Shown piece by piece: positions 55,229 to 64,000 of a DNA stretch of 64,000 bases. Origin of the DNA: a virus; IMG/VR virus record IMGVR_UViG_3300041583_000345, positions 32,001-96,000 of that record. The stretch is one strand, 5' to 3'. How positions within the stretch are numbered: position 1 is the stretch's first letter; each line of letters starts with the position of its first letter. The position numbers were made by a program, and so were the translations under genes. Under the pieces are notes generated by a model. That model made no database searches. It saw nothing but the letters and a program-made list of their open reading frames with translations, and had not been told where the DNA came from.

Positions 55229-55996
55229 TTATGAATCTAATTTAGAAAATCCATTGGGTACAACTCCTTCACATATAAGTGTTGCTACAATTGGTGATAC
55301 TACTGAACCTACAAATATACCTACACCTGCTGGTGTTGATAATGCTGCTGTTGCGTATATTGGATTTGCTTTACCTACTACATTAGTAAGTACTCTTGTT
55401 AGTAATGGTTTATCACATTTTCCGTTAACACCTGGTATTAAAAATATACCTTCAGCTAACAATTTACCAATTACAGTTGATACTGTCATCATTGCCACTT
55501 TTTGTCCTACTGTTGCCATTGCCGCTAACATAGTTGCACTAATTGTAGTTGATGTTACAGTACCGGGGTCAGCGGGTGCGGGTTTTGGTGTGAAGTATAT
55601 AACACATCCGGTTGTTAGTGCCATATTCAATCCAATGTAACAAGCATTTTCATCTAACCAATCAATAGCAGCTGTTACTCCTTCTTCAACTACTTCCAAT
55701 CCTTCTTTAGAAAATTCAATTGCCTGTGCACTACCTTCTTTCCATACTGTAGATGTCACATCAATACCTTGTTTGGCCGCTTCAGTTGTATTCTTAGCAA
55801 CGACATCTGTTGTATGTACTACGGCTTTTGTTGCATCCTTATATATATTCTCAGTAGTTTTAACCACATTATCAACTTCATCCTTAATTATATCAATGGG
55901 GTTAGGTATTTTAGGAATTGGGTTAGGTATGTTTGGTATTGGGTTAGGTATTTTAGGTATTTTAGGTACTTTTATTTTGTTTAATGGATTCTTCAT
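55229..55996 (-). CDS. hypothetical protein: Pro-rich repeats, amphipathic repeats, hydrophobic C-half
   Basis: KIPKIPNPIPNIPNPIPKIPNP; several predicted TM segments. Confidence 0.65.
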   Translation of the reverse strand: MKNPLNKIKVPKIPKIPNPIPNIPNPIPKIPNPIDIIKDEVDNVVKTTENIYKDATKAVVHTTDVVAKNTTEAAKQGIDVTSTVWKEGSAQAIEFSKEGLEVVEEGVTAAIDWLDENACYIGLNMALTTGCVIYFTPKPAPADPGTVTSTTISATMLAAMATVGQKVAMMTVSTVIGKLLAEGIFLIPGVNGKCDKPLLTRVLTNVVGKANPIYATAALSTPAGVGIFVGSVVSPIVATLICEGVVPNGFSKLDS

Positions 55997-56001
55997 AATT
56001 A

Positions 56002-56205
56002 TTATTTATTTCTTTTATTATTGTTCATACCGAAATAAGTGCCCACTATAGCCACTAATCCAGTAATTGTCACTTGTAAAAGGTGTATTATGTTTTCGTC
56101 TATAGGTCTACTATCTTCTAATGCAATGTAGAAATCTCCTATTACTATAATTACTAGTAATATCATTATACCTGTAACCAATATTAATACAACTTTTTCT
56201 TTCAT
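56002..56205 (-). CDS. small two-TM membrane protein
   Basis: 67 aa, two hydrophobic helices, basic C-terminus. Confidence 0.65.
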   Translation of the reverse strand: MKEKVVLILVTGIMILLVIIVIGDFYIALEDSRPIDENIIHLLQVTITGLVAIVGTYFGMNNNKRNK

Positions 56206-56257
56206 TTCCTATAAATATCGTAAAAAAGAAAACCTCATATTTCTATGAGGTCATCCC

Positions 56258-56292
56258 CACCTGCCTTCGGTAGCGTCCGAGGGAATTATTTT
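56258..56292 (-). repeat. 35-nt direct repeat copy B, followed by terminator hairpin 56231-56251
   Basis: AAAATAATTCCCTCGGACGCTACCGAAGGCAGGTG on minus strand. Confidence 0.85.
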
Positions 56293-56954
56293 AATGATTT
56301 AAGAACTGCTTCTTTAAGCGTCTTTTCTCTTTTAGTTAAACCCTCCATTATACTCTGTATAGCCATGTCATTTACTTCATCAGCCATTTCATCTGTTAGT
56401 TTATCTAACTCATCATCTGTTAATGGAGTTCCGTCTTCATATTCTGCATAACTTATAAAAGCATCAGCAAAGTCTGGGTAGTCTCTAGAGTCAACGCCAT
56501 CTACTTCTATGGTTGATCTATCTATAGGTTTTGTTAAAGCACTAGGAGGATTCCCTCTACGTGCAGACCTAGCTAACATAGCATCAATACTTGCATTTGA
56601 ACCTTTTTTTGGTTCATTCTCTAAAGAAACTTCGTTTTTCCTTTCTCTCATTGACATTTCCTCCGAATTGGAGGCGAAGTCAATTACATCGTCTTTTAAA
56701 GCTGCTAAATCTTGTAGCAAATCTGTATCTATTCCTCCCTGGTCATTCCATGCATTTATATAATCATCTACTGTAGGAAGACTTGTTATATGTTTAGGAG
56801 CATATTTATTCATTATTCGATCAAAGTTGATTCTCTCTAAAGCTACTCTTAAGGCTTCTTCCTCACCTTCTATTGCTTGTTCTTTAATTATTTTACTTGT
56901 TTGTGAAAGTTTATTTTCTAATATAAACCCTCGTAGGTTAAAGTTGTTGCTCAT
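56286..56954 (-). CDS. putative internal head polyprotein
   Basis: Contains KYAPK..DDYI.AW..GG.D domain shared with 57536-59338 and a DGVDSRDYPDFADA module. Confidence 0.65.
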   Translation of the reverse strand: MSNNFNLRGFILENKLSQTSKIIKEQAIEGEEEALRVALERINFDRIMNKYAPKHITSLPTVDDYINAWNDQGGIDTDLLQDLAALKDDVIDFASNSEEMSMRERKNEVSLENEPKKGSNASIDAMLARSARRGNPPSALTKPIDRSTIEVDGVDSRDYPDFADAFISYAEYEDGTPLTDDELDKLTDEMADEVNDMAIQSIMEGLTKREKTLKEAVLKSLK

Positions 56955-57532
56955 AATGCTCTTAATATATCGTTTATAATTAATTCTAGTTTACTATATA
57001 TATTATCAGTTGTTTTTCCTTCATTTAACGCTACTGGGTTCATAAAAGCTCCCTGTGTAGATGGATTAGATACGAAGTCCCAACATACTAGCTCAAAATC
57101 AGTTTGTACTTCTAAAGTACCTTCGTTTGTTTGCTGTACTGAACCGGTTCCTCTAGAGGAAATACCTATTGTATGCCCTGCTTTGCATATTTCTTTAACA
57201 ATATTACCTGAAGGTGTATTTAATAGCTCTATACGTCCCATAAGGGCGTCTCCCTCCCACCATAGTTCTTTTACTACATGTGAAGCGTTCTTTAGAGAGA
57301 CTATAGGAGACTCAGGGTGATCAAGTTCTCCAAAGGCATTTCCAACCTTAACAAACTCTTCTATATATCTTTGAGATTCTCTAAGAAGAATTTCTTTACT
57401 GTATGTGCGTCCGTTTTGATTCTTGGCTACTGCTCTCTGCAGAATACCTTCTACTTCGTAGACTCCAGGTTTTGTTTTGGATTCTGTAAGTAGGGATCTA
57501 AAAGGGGTGACATCTACTAATAGCTGTGACAT
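56951..57532 (-). CDS. prohead protease (gp21-like)
   Basis: NQNGRTY, FGELDHP, NASH, GISSRGTGS, WDFVSNPST. Confidence 0.92.
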   Translation of the reverse strand: MSQLLVDVTPFRSLLTESKTKPGVYEVEGILQRAVAKNQNGRTYSKEILLRESQRYIEEFVKVGNAFGELDHPESPIVSLKNASHVVKELWWEGDALMGRIELLNTPSGNIVKEICKAGHTIGISSRGTGSVQQTNEGTLEVQTDFELVCWDFVSNPSTQGAFMNPVALNEGKTTDNIYSKLELIINDILRAL

Positions 57533-57535
57533 AGT

Positions 57536-59338
57536 TTATTTTTTTTTAGATTCATATACCGGGGTAAACATCGTTTGTTTATCCATACCTTCTTCTCCTA
57601 ATGGTCTCTCTCCTGAATTATGAGCTTCTATGTCTTTTGAAGATATTGTTTTTACTTTAGGGAGATCTAATCCCTTAATAAATCCTTTTGCTATTACTGG
57701 TCTAAGATCTTTCATGAACGCTGATTCTATGGCTGGTGCTAAGAAGCCTCCAACTTTTAATCCCTCTTCGTTTGTAATATTACCTAAATCTCCGTATACT
57801 TTTTGAATCTTCTCTCTTACTTTAGAATAATACGCTTCTACATCTGTTACAATATTTTCTAGTTGATTGATAGCATTCTGCATTCCTTGAAATCCATCAT
57901 ACTCGTCTGCAATATGGGAAAGGTTTCCTGTAGCTGCTTCGTTAATAGACTCTTCTGTTAATACTTTTCTAATAATAGATTTAACAGCTTCTTTTAATTT
58001 AGCATTACTTTCCGCCATATTCTGATTATCTAGGTTTTTAGCGTAATGAATTACGTCCTGTTGAAGGAGTTTTGGGTCTAAATAATCTGGATCTAATCCT
58101 CCTGAGTCTTGCCATGCTTTAATATAATCATCTTCGTCTGGTAAGTTATTTACATTTCTAGGAGTATATTTATCAATTAGTACTTTAAAATTAATTTTAA
58201 ATAGGGCTTCTCTAAATTTTGTTTCTAAATCTGAATCTTCATTTTCTGCCATATTCTGATTATCCAGTTTTCTAGCGTAATCAATAATGTCTTGCTGAAG
58301 CATTCTTATATCAAGGAAGTCTGGGTCTAATCCTCCTTCGTTCTCCCATGCTTTAATATAATCATCTTCTGTAGGTAGATTATTTAATCCCTTAGGTGCG
58401 TATTTATCTACTATCCCCCTAAAATTTACTTTTGCTAAATTATTTCTAAATTCAGCTTCAAGATTTTCAGAATCTCCTTCTGTTTTCATAGCTCTTTTAA
58501 TAGCTTTAGTTCTAGCTCCTCTATGTTCTTTTTCACCTGTTTCAATTTTACCGTTTCCGTCATAATCTTTATCGGCTAATTCTTTTTCGTTTAGTGAATC
58601 ATAGTTAACACTAATAAATTCATCAAACTCACTTACAGGGTCCATATCTGGATTGTTCATTAAACCGGTAGCTTTTGTGTGTAAGAAATCTTTTATTATA
58701 GCGTTAAGACCGGGTATTTCCTGATATTCTGCTGTAATAGCGTTTATAGCTGCTGCTAAAATTTCTTTTTTACTACTAGTAGGTTCTTCTGTGGTTAGTC
58801 CTTTTCTCTCTTTAATTTTAGCTATAGCGGTACTAATTTGATTTTCTGTATATCCGCTTTCTTTTAGTGTTGCTTTCTTCATACCGTTAAACACGTCTAC
58901 TTCTGCTTTACCTCTTTTTGTTTCAACTTCTCTATCATGTTTATTAACTTTAGAAGATTCCCCGGACACTAAGTCCAGGTAATGTGTTGGATTTTTTTCT
59001 AAGTTATCTTTAGCTTTTTTTTCAGCTTTCTTAAAATCTTCTGCAGATACTGTTTCTCCTTCCTGTTTTCCTAAAGCTTTTATTTCAGCTCTAATGCCTC
59101 TATCTAAAGATCCTAAGGAATAGTTTAATACTGGTCTTTCATCATAGACTACTTCTTCTACTTTTTTAGTTTCAAATAAGAGACCTCTATTTTTTAAGAT
59201 CTGTACTGAGTCGTCAAATCCGTTAAATTGAGTTACATGCATAGGGTACTGTTGTCTCATTTGACGGACAAATTCCTTTTTTGTCATAGTGCCTTCGTTT
59301 ACGGCTCTATATCTCTCTGTTACTGATTTTATCTTCAT
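57536..59338 (-). CDS. putative internal head polyprotein with 78-aa tandem repeat
   Basis: 234-bp period (58014/58248); modules separated by LxE/MxE sites. Confidence 0.65.
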   Translation of the reverse strand: MKIKSVTERYRAVNEGTMTKKEFVRQMRQQYPMHVTQFNGFDDSVQILKNRGLLFETKKVEEVVYDERPVLNYSLGSLDRGIRAEIKALGKQEGETVSAEDFKKAEKKAKDNLEKNPTHYLDLVSGESSKVNKHDREVETKRGKAEVDVFNGMKKATLKESGYTENQISTAIAKIKERKGLTTEEPTSSKKEILAAAINAITAEYQEIPGLNAIIKDFLHTKATGLMNNPDMDPVSEFDEFISVNYDSLNEKELADKDYDGNGKIETGEKEHRGARTKAIKRAMKTEGDSENLEAEFRNNLAKVNFRGIVDKYAPKGLNNLPTEDDYIKAWENEGGLDPDFLDIRMLQQDIIDYARKLDNQNMAENEDSDLETKFREALFKINFKVLIDKYTPRNVNNLPDEDDYIKAWQDSGGLDPDYLDPKLLQQDVIHYAKNLDNQNMAESNAKLKEAVKSIIRKVLTEESINEAATGNLSHIADEYDGFQGMQNAINQLENIVTDVEAYYSKVREKIQKVYGDLGNITNEEGLKVGGFLAPAIESAFMKDLRPVIAKGFIKGLDLPKVKTISSKDIEAHNSGERPLGEEGMDKQTMFTPVYESKKK

Positions 59339-59341
59339 AAT

Positions 59342-59566
59342 CTATATATAATCAAATCCTTTTGTATGTGATGGCCGTGTAGGACGGCTAACCTGTTTGT
59401 ATCCTAATTTTGTTAATGTTTTCTTAGCTTTATTACCTTTTCCGAAAGCTTTTGGTGTCGCATATTGTGCTCCATCTCCTGGTGAAAAAGATCCTCCTCC
59501 GGTACTGGTAATATTTGCTTCGTCAAGCATTTCCTTTATTAACTTAGTTAAGTCTGATCTTTTCAC
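59342..59566 (-). CDS. hypothetical head-module protein
   Basis: LIKEMLDEANIT, GAQYATPKAF. Confidence 0.65.
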   Translation of the reverse strand: MKRSDLTKLIKEMLDEANITSTGGGSFSPGDGAQYATPKAFGKGNKAKKTLTKLGYKQVSRPTRPSHTKGFDYI

Positions 59567-60420
59567 TATACTATTTTTAACTCATTAACTAATTCGTAGT
59601 ATTGCATAAGGTTAACTAAGTGGCTATCGGTTACTTTTTCCTTGTTGGTTAAAGGCTTAATAGCTTTAGATACTTCATCTAATTTAATTTTAACTACCTC
59701 GTCTTTTACCTTTAAAGATAATTGTCTAACCTGTTCAGCTATTTTAACTAACTCTTCATTTACAATTGTATGTAAACGTTTATTTGAGTTTACTGACGTA
59801 ATAAACTCTCTTAATATGTTTTTCTGTTCTGGAAGTAAGTCTTTGTAGTTGTCGTTAAACTTCTCTAATAGTATTTTAAATGTAAGAAGACGTAAATCTT
59901 TATCGTACTTAGAGTACTCTTCAATTAATGTGTCCTTTACATCTGCTTCTTTCTGTGGTGATGATGTTAGGTGTTCTAAAATTGTGGTTTTATTATCCAC
60001 AAGAAAAGAAGGGCTTACTAAATCAGCATTATTCTGTGCTTCTAATAAACAGTACAGAGCGGCAAGGGCTTTATAATCCCTTACTTGAATGCCGAAAAAT
60101 TCATCTACATTATACGCTTCTTTAATATCAGATATTAATCCGTATTTTTGCTCTTTTAAAGCTTTTTGATCTAGCTTACGAGATACTTCCGTAATAGTAG
60201 AAACAATGGCTTCTGCTTTAGACTGGGATACATTCTTATTTTTAACAATGAATTCATATAATTTGAATTCCCTTGCCAGGGCTGTTCTACCGGTAAAATA
60301 TTTTTTTACAATATTAACAGCAGCGGAATCTTTATTATTTAGAGTGTCCGAAGCTATTTGTTTTACTAGTAGCTCAAAAATAAGACCTGTATTTCTAAAT
60401 TTCGAGTGTTTTACTTTCAT
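59566..60420 (-). CDS. conserved head-module protein
   Basis: MKVKHSKFRNTGLIFELL; directly downstream of portal. Confidence 0.75.
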   Translation of the reverse strand: MKVKHSKFRNTGLIFELLVKQIASDTLNNKDSAAVNIVKKYFTGRTALAREFKLYEFIVKNKNVSQSKAEAIVSTITEVSRKLDQKALKEQKYGLISDIKEAYNVDEFFGIQVRDYKALAALYCLLEAQNNADLVSPSFLVDNKTTILEHLTSSPQKEADVKDTLIEEYSKYDKDLRLLTFKILLEKFNDNYKDLLPEQKNILREFITSVNSNKRLHTIVNEELVKIAEQVRQLSLKVKDEVVKIKLDEVSKAIKPLTNKEKVTDSHLVNLMQYYELVNELKIV

Positions 60421-60448
60421 TGTATACGTTTACTATAATAAATATGGA

Positions 60449-62344
60449 CTAATTACCTAAATCTTTAATGTTATCTTCATTCATCATATCTGGTTCAGAT
60501 ATAGTTTCTTTAGAAAACACTATATTTTTTAGTGCTGCTTTATTTTTATGGTAAACTCCTTTAGTGACCATGTTCTCCATTACATTCTCGTTGTCTGATG
60601 GGTATCCGCCGTGCATCCCGTGGGTGCCTAAAGGGTCTCTTCCTCCTAAACCGGCTGTTGTTCCGTATACTGAGGCTTTTTCAGTCGGTCTTCCTCCTTC
60701 TGGGCCTGGTTCTCCCCAATCCGGGGTTTCTTCTTCATATCCTGCTGGTACTTCTCCCGGGCCTCCACCTTTTGGTGTTGAAGTAGATCTTCTACCGTAC
60801 ATTGAAGCTAAGTCATGAGGGGTTCCGTAAGTTGTTCCTGATTTAGCAGGATCATTACCTTCATTCTCAATTTGTGCTATTCTAAATAGGCGTTTGGAAT
60901 CTTCCCTAACTAAATCTCTCATTTCCATATACTCATCTTCTGATAAGTTAAATAGGTTTTCATATATGTAATCTGATGAGAATAATTTAGAGTCTTTCAT
61001 TTGATTTGCAAGATCAATTTTCTCTTTCATAAGAGCGACTTTTTCTTGTTCAAATATAATAGAAGGGGTAGTAAGTTTAATTTCAAAATTGGTTAAACTC
61101 TCTCCGGTAAATCCCTGTGTGTATAAATGTACTAGTGCAATCTTAGTTAATTCAGATTCCAGTATCTTTTGAATTCTCTCTACAGTTCTAGCAAATCTAA
61201 TGTCTTCTGCTGCTAATGTTGCCTTACCTGATAAATCTCCTTCGTACCCGAAATAAGCTTTTGGTATCTTTAATGCTGCAAACATCTTAGCTTGTAGGTA
61301 TATAACGTCTGTTACACCGTCATACTCTAATCCTTTAGTAGTTTCAATTCTAGTAGAAGTATCACCTCCTCTTACAGGCATGTAGAAATCTTCCATCATG
61401 TTCTGCATATTAAACTTTAAGTTATATTGTCCATCATCTCCAATATAAGGAGTTTTTTTCATTCCATTGATAGTCTTTTGCATGAACTGTTCTACCTCTG
61501 TAGGTGGTACGTTTCCTACATTTATATAGAACATTCTCTTTTCTGGAGCTCTCATGATTCTATGAATCAACATTGCATCCTCCATTAAAGTTACCTGTTT
61601 AAAGATTTTTCTGGCTGGCTCTAAATAAGAACGGCCGTAAGGTAGGTAATTTGTATCTGAGATTAGTCTAAAGTGAGCAATTTCGTAATTGTCAAACTCT
61701 ACTACTCTTTGGTCTGATTTTCTCTTGGGTAAGTAGTTTGGATTCTGTGAAGATGCTAATCCGTCTGGGTCTAGTTGGAATGAAACTTTGGAAGGGTTTT
61801 CTGGGTCTATGCCCTCTCTTCTCACCATATGGTAAACTGTATATGGAAGTACATTATAAACTCCAAACTTCTCAGCTATCTCTAATTTTAAAAAGAAATC
61901 ACCGTATTTACACATATTACGAGTCCATGACCATAAGTTAAACTCGATGTTTAATACATCGTAAAATAAATTATAAAGAACTTTTTGAATGTTTTCGTCT
62001 GATGATTTAATCGCTAAGATTTCGTTTTGATCGTTCTTAGTGCATGCTTCATCGGCAATAATATCTAATGCTGAAGCTATAATAGGATCGGTGTCCATCG
62101 CTTCATAATCAGAATATAATTGAATCCTTAATGTTTGATAATTCAAGTTAGGATTAAATATATTTTTATTGTTGTAAATATATAGACGGCTAAACCTGTC
62201 TATAAGTGAGTTTGTCTGGTATTTACCAGTCTGCTGTATTTGATTAACATCGGCAATCTTTAACTCATTACCTCCTACGTTTCTGATTACAATATCAGAA
62301 GCAAAGAGTGTTTTAAGTCTGCCAAATAGTGAAGTATCCGCCAT
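60449..62344 (-). CDS. portal protein (gp20-like)
   Basis: DYEAMD.DPII.SALDI.ADE, PYGRSYLE, MEDAMLIHRIMRAPEKR.FYI.VGN, MMEDF. Confidence 0.95.
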   Translation of the reverse strand: MADTSLFGRLKTLFASDIVIRNVGGNELKIADVNQIQQTGKYQTNSLIDRFSRLYIYNNKNIFNPNLNYQTLRIQLYSDYEAMDTDPIIASALDIIADEACTKNDQNEILAIKSSDENIQKVLYNLFYDVLNIEFNLWSWTRNMCKYGDFFLKLEIAEKFGVYNVLPYTVYHMVRREGIDPENPSKVSFQLDPDGLASSQNPNYLPKRKSDQRVVEFDNYEIAHFRLISDTNYLPYGRSYLEPARKIFKQVTLMEDAMLIHRIMRAPEKRMFYINVGNVPPTEVEQFMQKTINGMKKTPYIGDDGQYNLKFNMQNMMEDFYMPVRGGDTSTRIETTKGLEYDGVTDVIYLQAKMFAALKIPKAYFGYEGDLSGKATLAAEDIRFARTVERIQKILESELTKIALVHLYTQGFTGESLTNFEIKLTTPSIIFEQEKVALMKEKIDLANQMKDSKLFSSDYIYENLFNLSEDEYMEMRDLVREDSKRLFRIAQIENEGNDPAKSGTTYGTPHDLASMYGRRSTSTPKGGGPGEVPAGYEEETPDWGEPGPEGGRPTEKASVYGTTAGLGGRDPLGTHGMHGGYPSDNENVMENMVTKGVYHKNKAALKNIVFSKETISEPDMMNEDNIKDLGN

Positions 62345-62374
62345 TGAAATAATATTTATATATAAATAGTTGGT

Positions 62375-63535
62375 TTATAGAAGCCAGGTGATATCCTCAT
62401 CCCCGTAGGCTGTCTTTATAATATATGGATTTTCTCTCTGATTTCCAACTGAAGACATAACTACTCTATTCTGAGTGTTTAGATTACTAAAAGAGGACAT
62501 TTGTGCTCTGGTTAGGTCCATTCCCTGTTGTCTTAGTCTTAATGCAGTATCTCGTACATACAATGCAGTAGCACATGATATAATTAAATCGTCATTGTAA
62601 TTTGTTTGTGCTTGGGGCTTTCCGTTTTTCCAAACAAATACTCTCATCTCCCCCATTGTACGTTTAGATTGTATTATTACAGATCTCTCCCTAATGTACT
62701 CAGTCATCTTAGCGATCACTAAAGGTCGTGTTTTCATAGACATTGTAAAGCCTGGTACTAATTTATCTCTTTCATATTTAGACATATACGATTCTACTGT
62801 CTCCATATTACCTGTTGAACTGTAATATAAGTTTCTATATTCACGTTCCATTACCTGTTCTATAGTAGCCCACCCAATATTGGCATTCTCTATTACAAGA
62901 AGTGCTTCATTATATTCTGTTGCTATACCTACAAGAACATTACCAAAATCTTTGGGTGATACTTTGCCCTTGTATTCCCCTACTTGGGTACAAGTTTCTA
63001 CATCAAATATGTGAAATGCAGAATAATCGGCAGAGTCTCCTCTAGAGACATCCGCTACAACTATATAGTCTTTAGTGTAGTCTGGTGATTCCCAAATCCA
63101 TAAATTACTATCTACCCCTCTTTTTTCGACAGGGTCTCTTTGATAAGTCTGTTCGTAAAATAAAAGATCATCTGGTTCAAATACTGTATCTCCAGAAGCT
63201 AAGAAATCACAGTTATGGGATACGAGTTTGTCAGCAATGAATAGATGCTTAGTGCCTACGTCTACTGGGTCGTATAATATGAAGTCTCCTTCTATCTTTT
63301 CAATGGATACTACTGTTACATCTTTCTGTAGAATATCCCCCGGTTTTATGTCTTTAGCAAGAACTTCTAGTCCGTCAACTATAAACCTATGTTCTAAAGA
63401 AGACTGTATCTCTACACTGTTGGAAAGTATAAAATGTATAACTTCTGATTTAGATGTTTTCCTAATAGCAGAGAAAGGTTTATAGCCGTCTGGGGTCATT
63501 AGCTCGTACCTTGTGTTCTTTCTAATTTCTATCAT
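62375..63535 (-). CDS. terL: large terminase C-terminal fragment (nuclease domain) fused to IntC of a split intein
   Basis: 108-aa Hint C-part ending VSHN|CDFL, then ADVSRG..DYSAF, IENANIG, NDDLI. Confidence 0.9.
   Translation of the reverse strand: MIEIRKNTRYELMTPDGYKPFSAIRKTSKSEVIHFILSNSVEIQSSLEHRFIVDGLEVLAKDIKPGDILQKDVTVVSIEKIEGDFILYDPVDVGTKHLFIADKLVSHNCDFLASGDTVFEPDDLLFYEQTYQRDPVEKRGVDSNLWIWESPDYTKDYIVVADVSRGDSADYSAFHIFDVETCTQVGEYKGKVSPKDFGNVLVGIATEYNEALLVIENANIGWATIEQVMEREYRNLYYSSTGNMETVESYMSKYERDKLVPGFTMSMKTRPLVIAKMTEYIRERSVIIQSKRTMGEMRVFVWKNGKPQAQTNYNDDLIISCATALYVRDTALRLRQQGMDLTRAQMSSFSNLNTQNRVVMSSVGNQRENPYIIKTAYGDEDITWLL
63212..63535 (-). mobile_element. C-fragment (108 aa) of atypically split intein
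   Basis: TPDG.K.F, HRF, LYD, HN|C splice junction; no N-terminal Cys1 in this ORF. Confidence 0.85.
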
Positions 63536-64000
63536 ACTTCACCCTTATAAATGTACATCCTAATTTCTTTTCTATTTGCTTCTGTCTAGTAGTATCTTTA
63601 CTACATAATTCACCGGTCTTATCAAAGTGGTGTTTTTCATCTACTTCTAAAGCTACATTACTTATAGGGTCGTATCCGTCTAAAAAGTATCCAAGGTGCT
63701 CTACAAAGAATTCTCCTCCATTTTCAGCATGCATAAACTTATACCCGTTCTTTCTTCCGTACTCCTCTATTACCTTAATAGAGTCTATATTATACCTAGG
63801 AGCTAATTGACCTTTACATTTTGTTAAGTACGCTAAAGTAGATACTCTCATCTTCCGTTTAGTTTCTTCAGTATGTGGTTTACCTAATTGATTTCTCTTA
63901 GGGTCTGGGCATTTTCTACAGTACTGCGACCAATTATACTTTCTACCACACTCACATTTTAATTTACTAATATCTCTATCTAGCTCTGTGATAAACTTAA
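63522..64000 (-). mobile_element. Vsr/DUF559-like homing endonuclease splitting terL (5' end beyond window)
   Basis: Frame open to window edge: CECG..YCRKC, GKPHTEETKRKM, YFLDGYD..ALEVDEKHH; stop overlaps IntC start. Confidence 0.8.

Noticed and set aside
994-63485. Plus-strand ORFs in the track (e.g. 7135-7596, 8332-8892, 27799-28260, 40522-41199, 54038-54361)
   Set aside because: All lie antisense to well-supported minus-strand genes or tRNAs and show no family motifs; shadow ORFs
1-64000. Alternative genetic code (TAG/TGA reassignment) as in some large phages
   Set aside because: Core genes are intact under table 11, TAG and TGA act as real stops, and no CTA/TCA-anticodon tRNA was found

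Overview
64 kb segment of a large, AT-rich, tailed dsDNA phage with a T4-like myovirus morphogenesis module. Essentially all real genes are on the minus strand, and the standard code (table 11) fits. Host is probably Bacteroidota, based on TTG-N19/20-TATATTTA promoters, A-rich non-SD starts and a DUF4494-like gene. In transcription order (right to left): large terminase fractured by an endonuclease gene and carrying the C-half of an atypically split intein; portal, prohead protease, scaffold, major capsid protein, PhoH, neck, sheath, tube, frameshifted tail chaperone, tape measure and baseplate; family-A polymerase, SSB, RecA-like recombinase, 5'-3' exonuclease, DnaB-like helicase and class Ia RNR; a prolyl-4-hydroxylase plus two glycosyltransferases; thioredoxin and queC; four paralogous variable 20-aa LRR proteins; a 5.8 kb array of 26 canonical tRNAs covering all 20 amino acids, with tRNA-like RNAs, structured spacers and two homing endonucleases; a fibre-like module; a carbamoyltransferase; and queD/queE/ferredoxin/PRTase/folE. 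Best leads: the variable LRR array with capsid-targeting-like leaders, the hydroxyproline-glycosylation-like cassette, tRNA-scaffold RNAs inside an operon closed by a boxA-like leader:trailer helix, the split TerL intein, and a synonymously recoded duplicate of the nrdA C-terminus. All family assignments are by motif recognition only; no database search was run.
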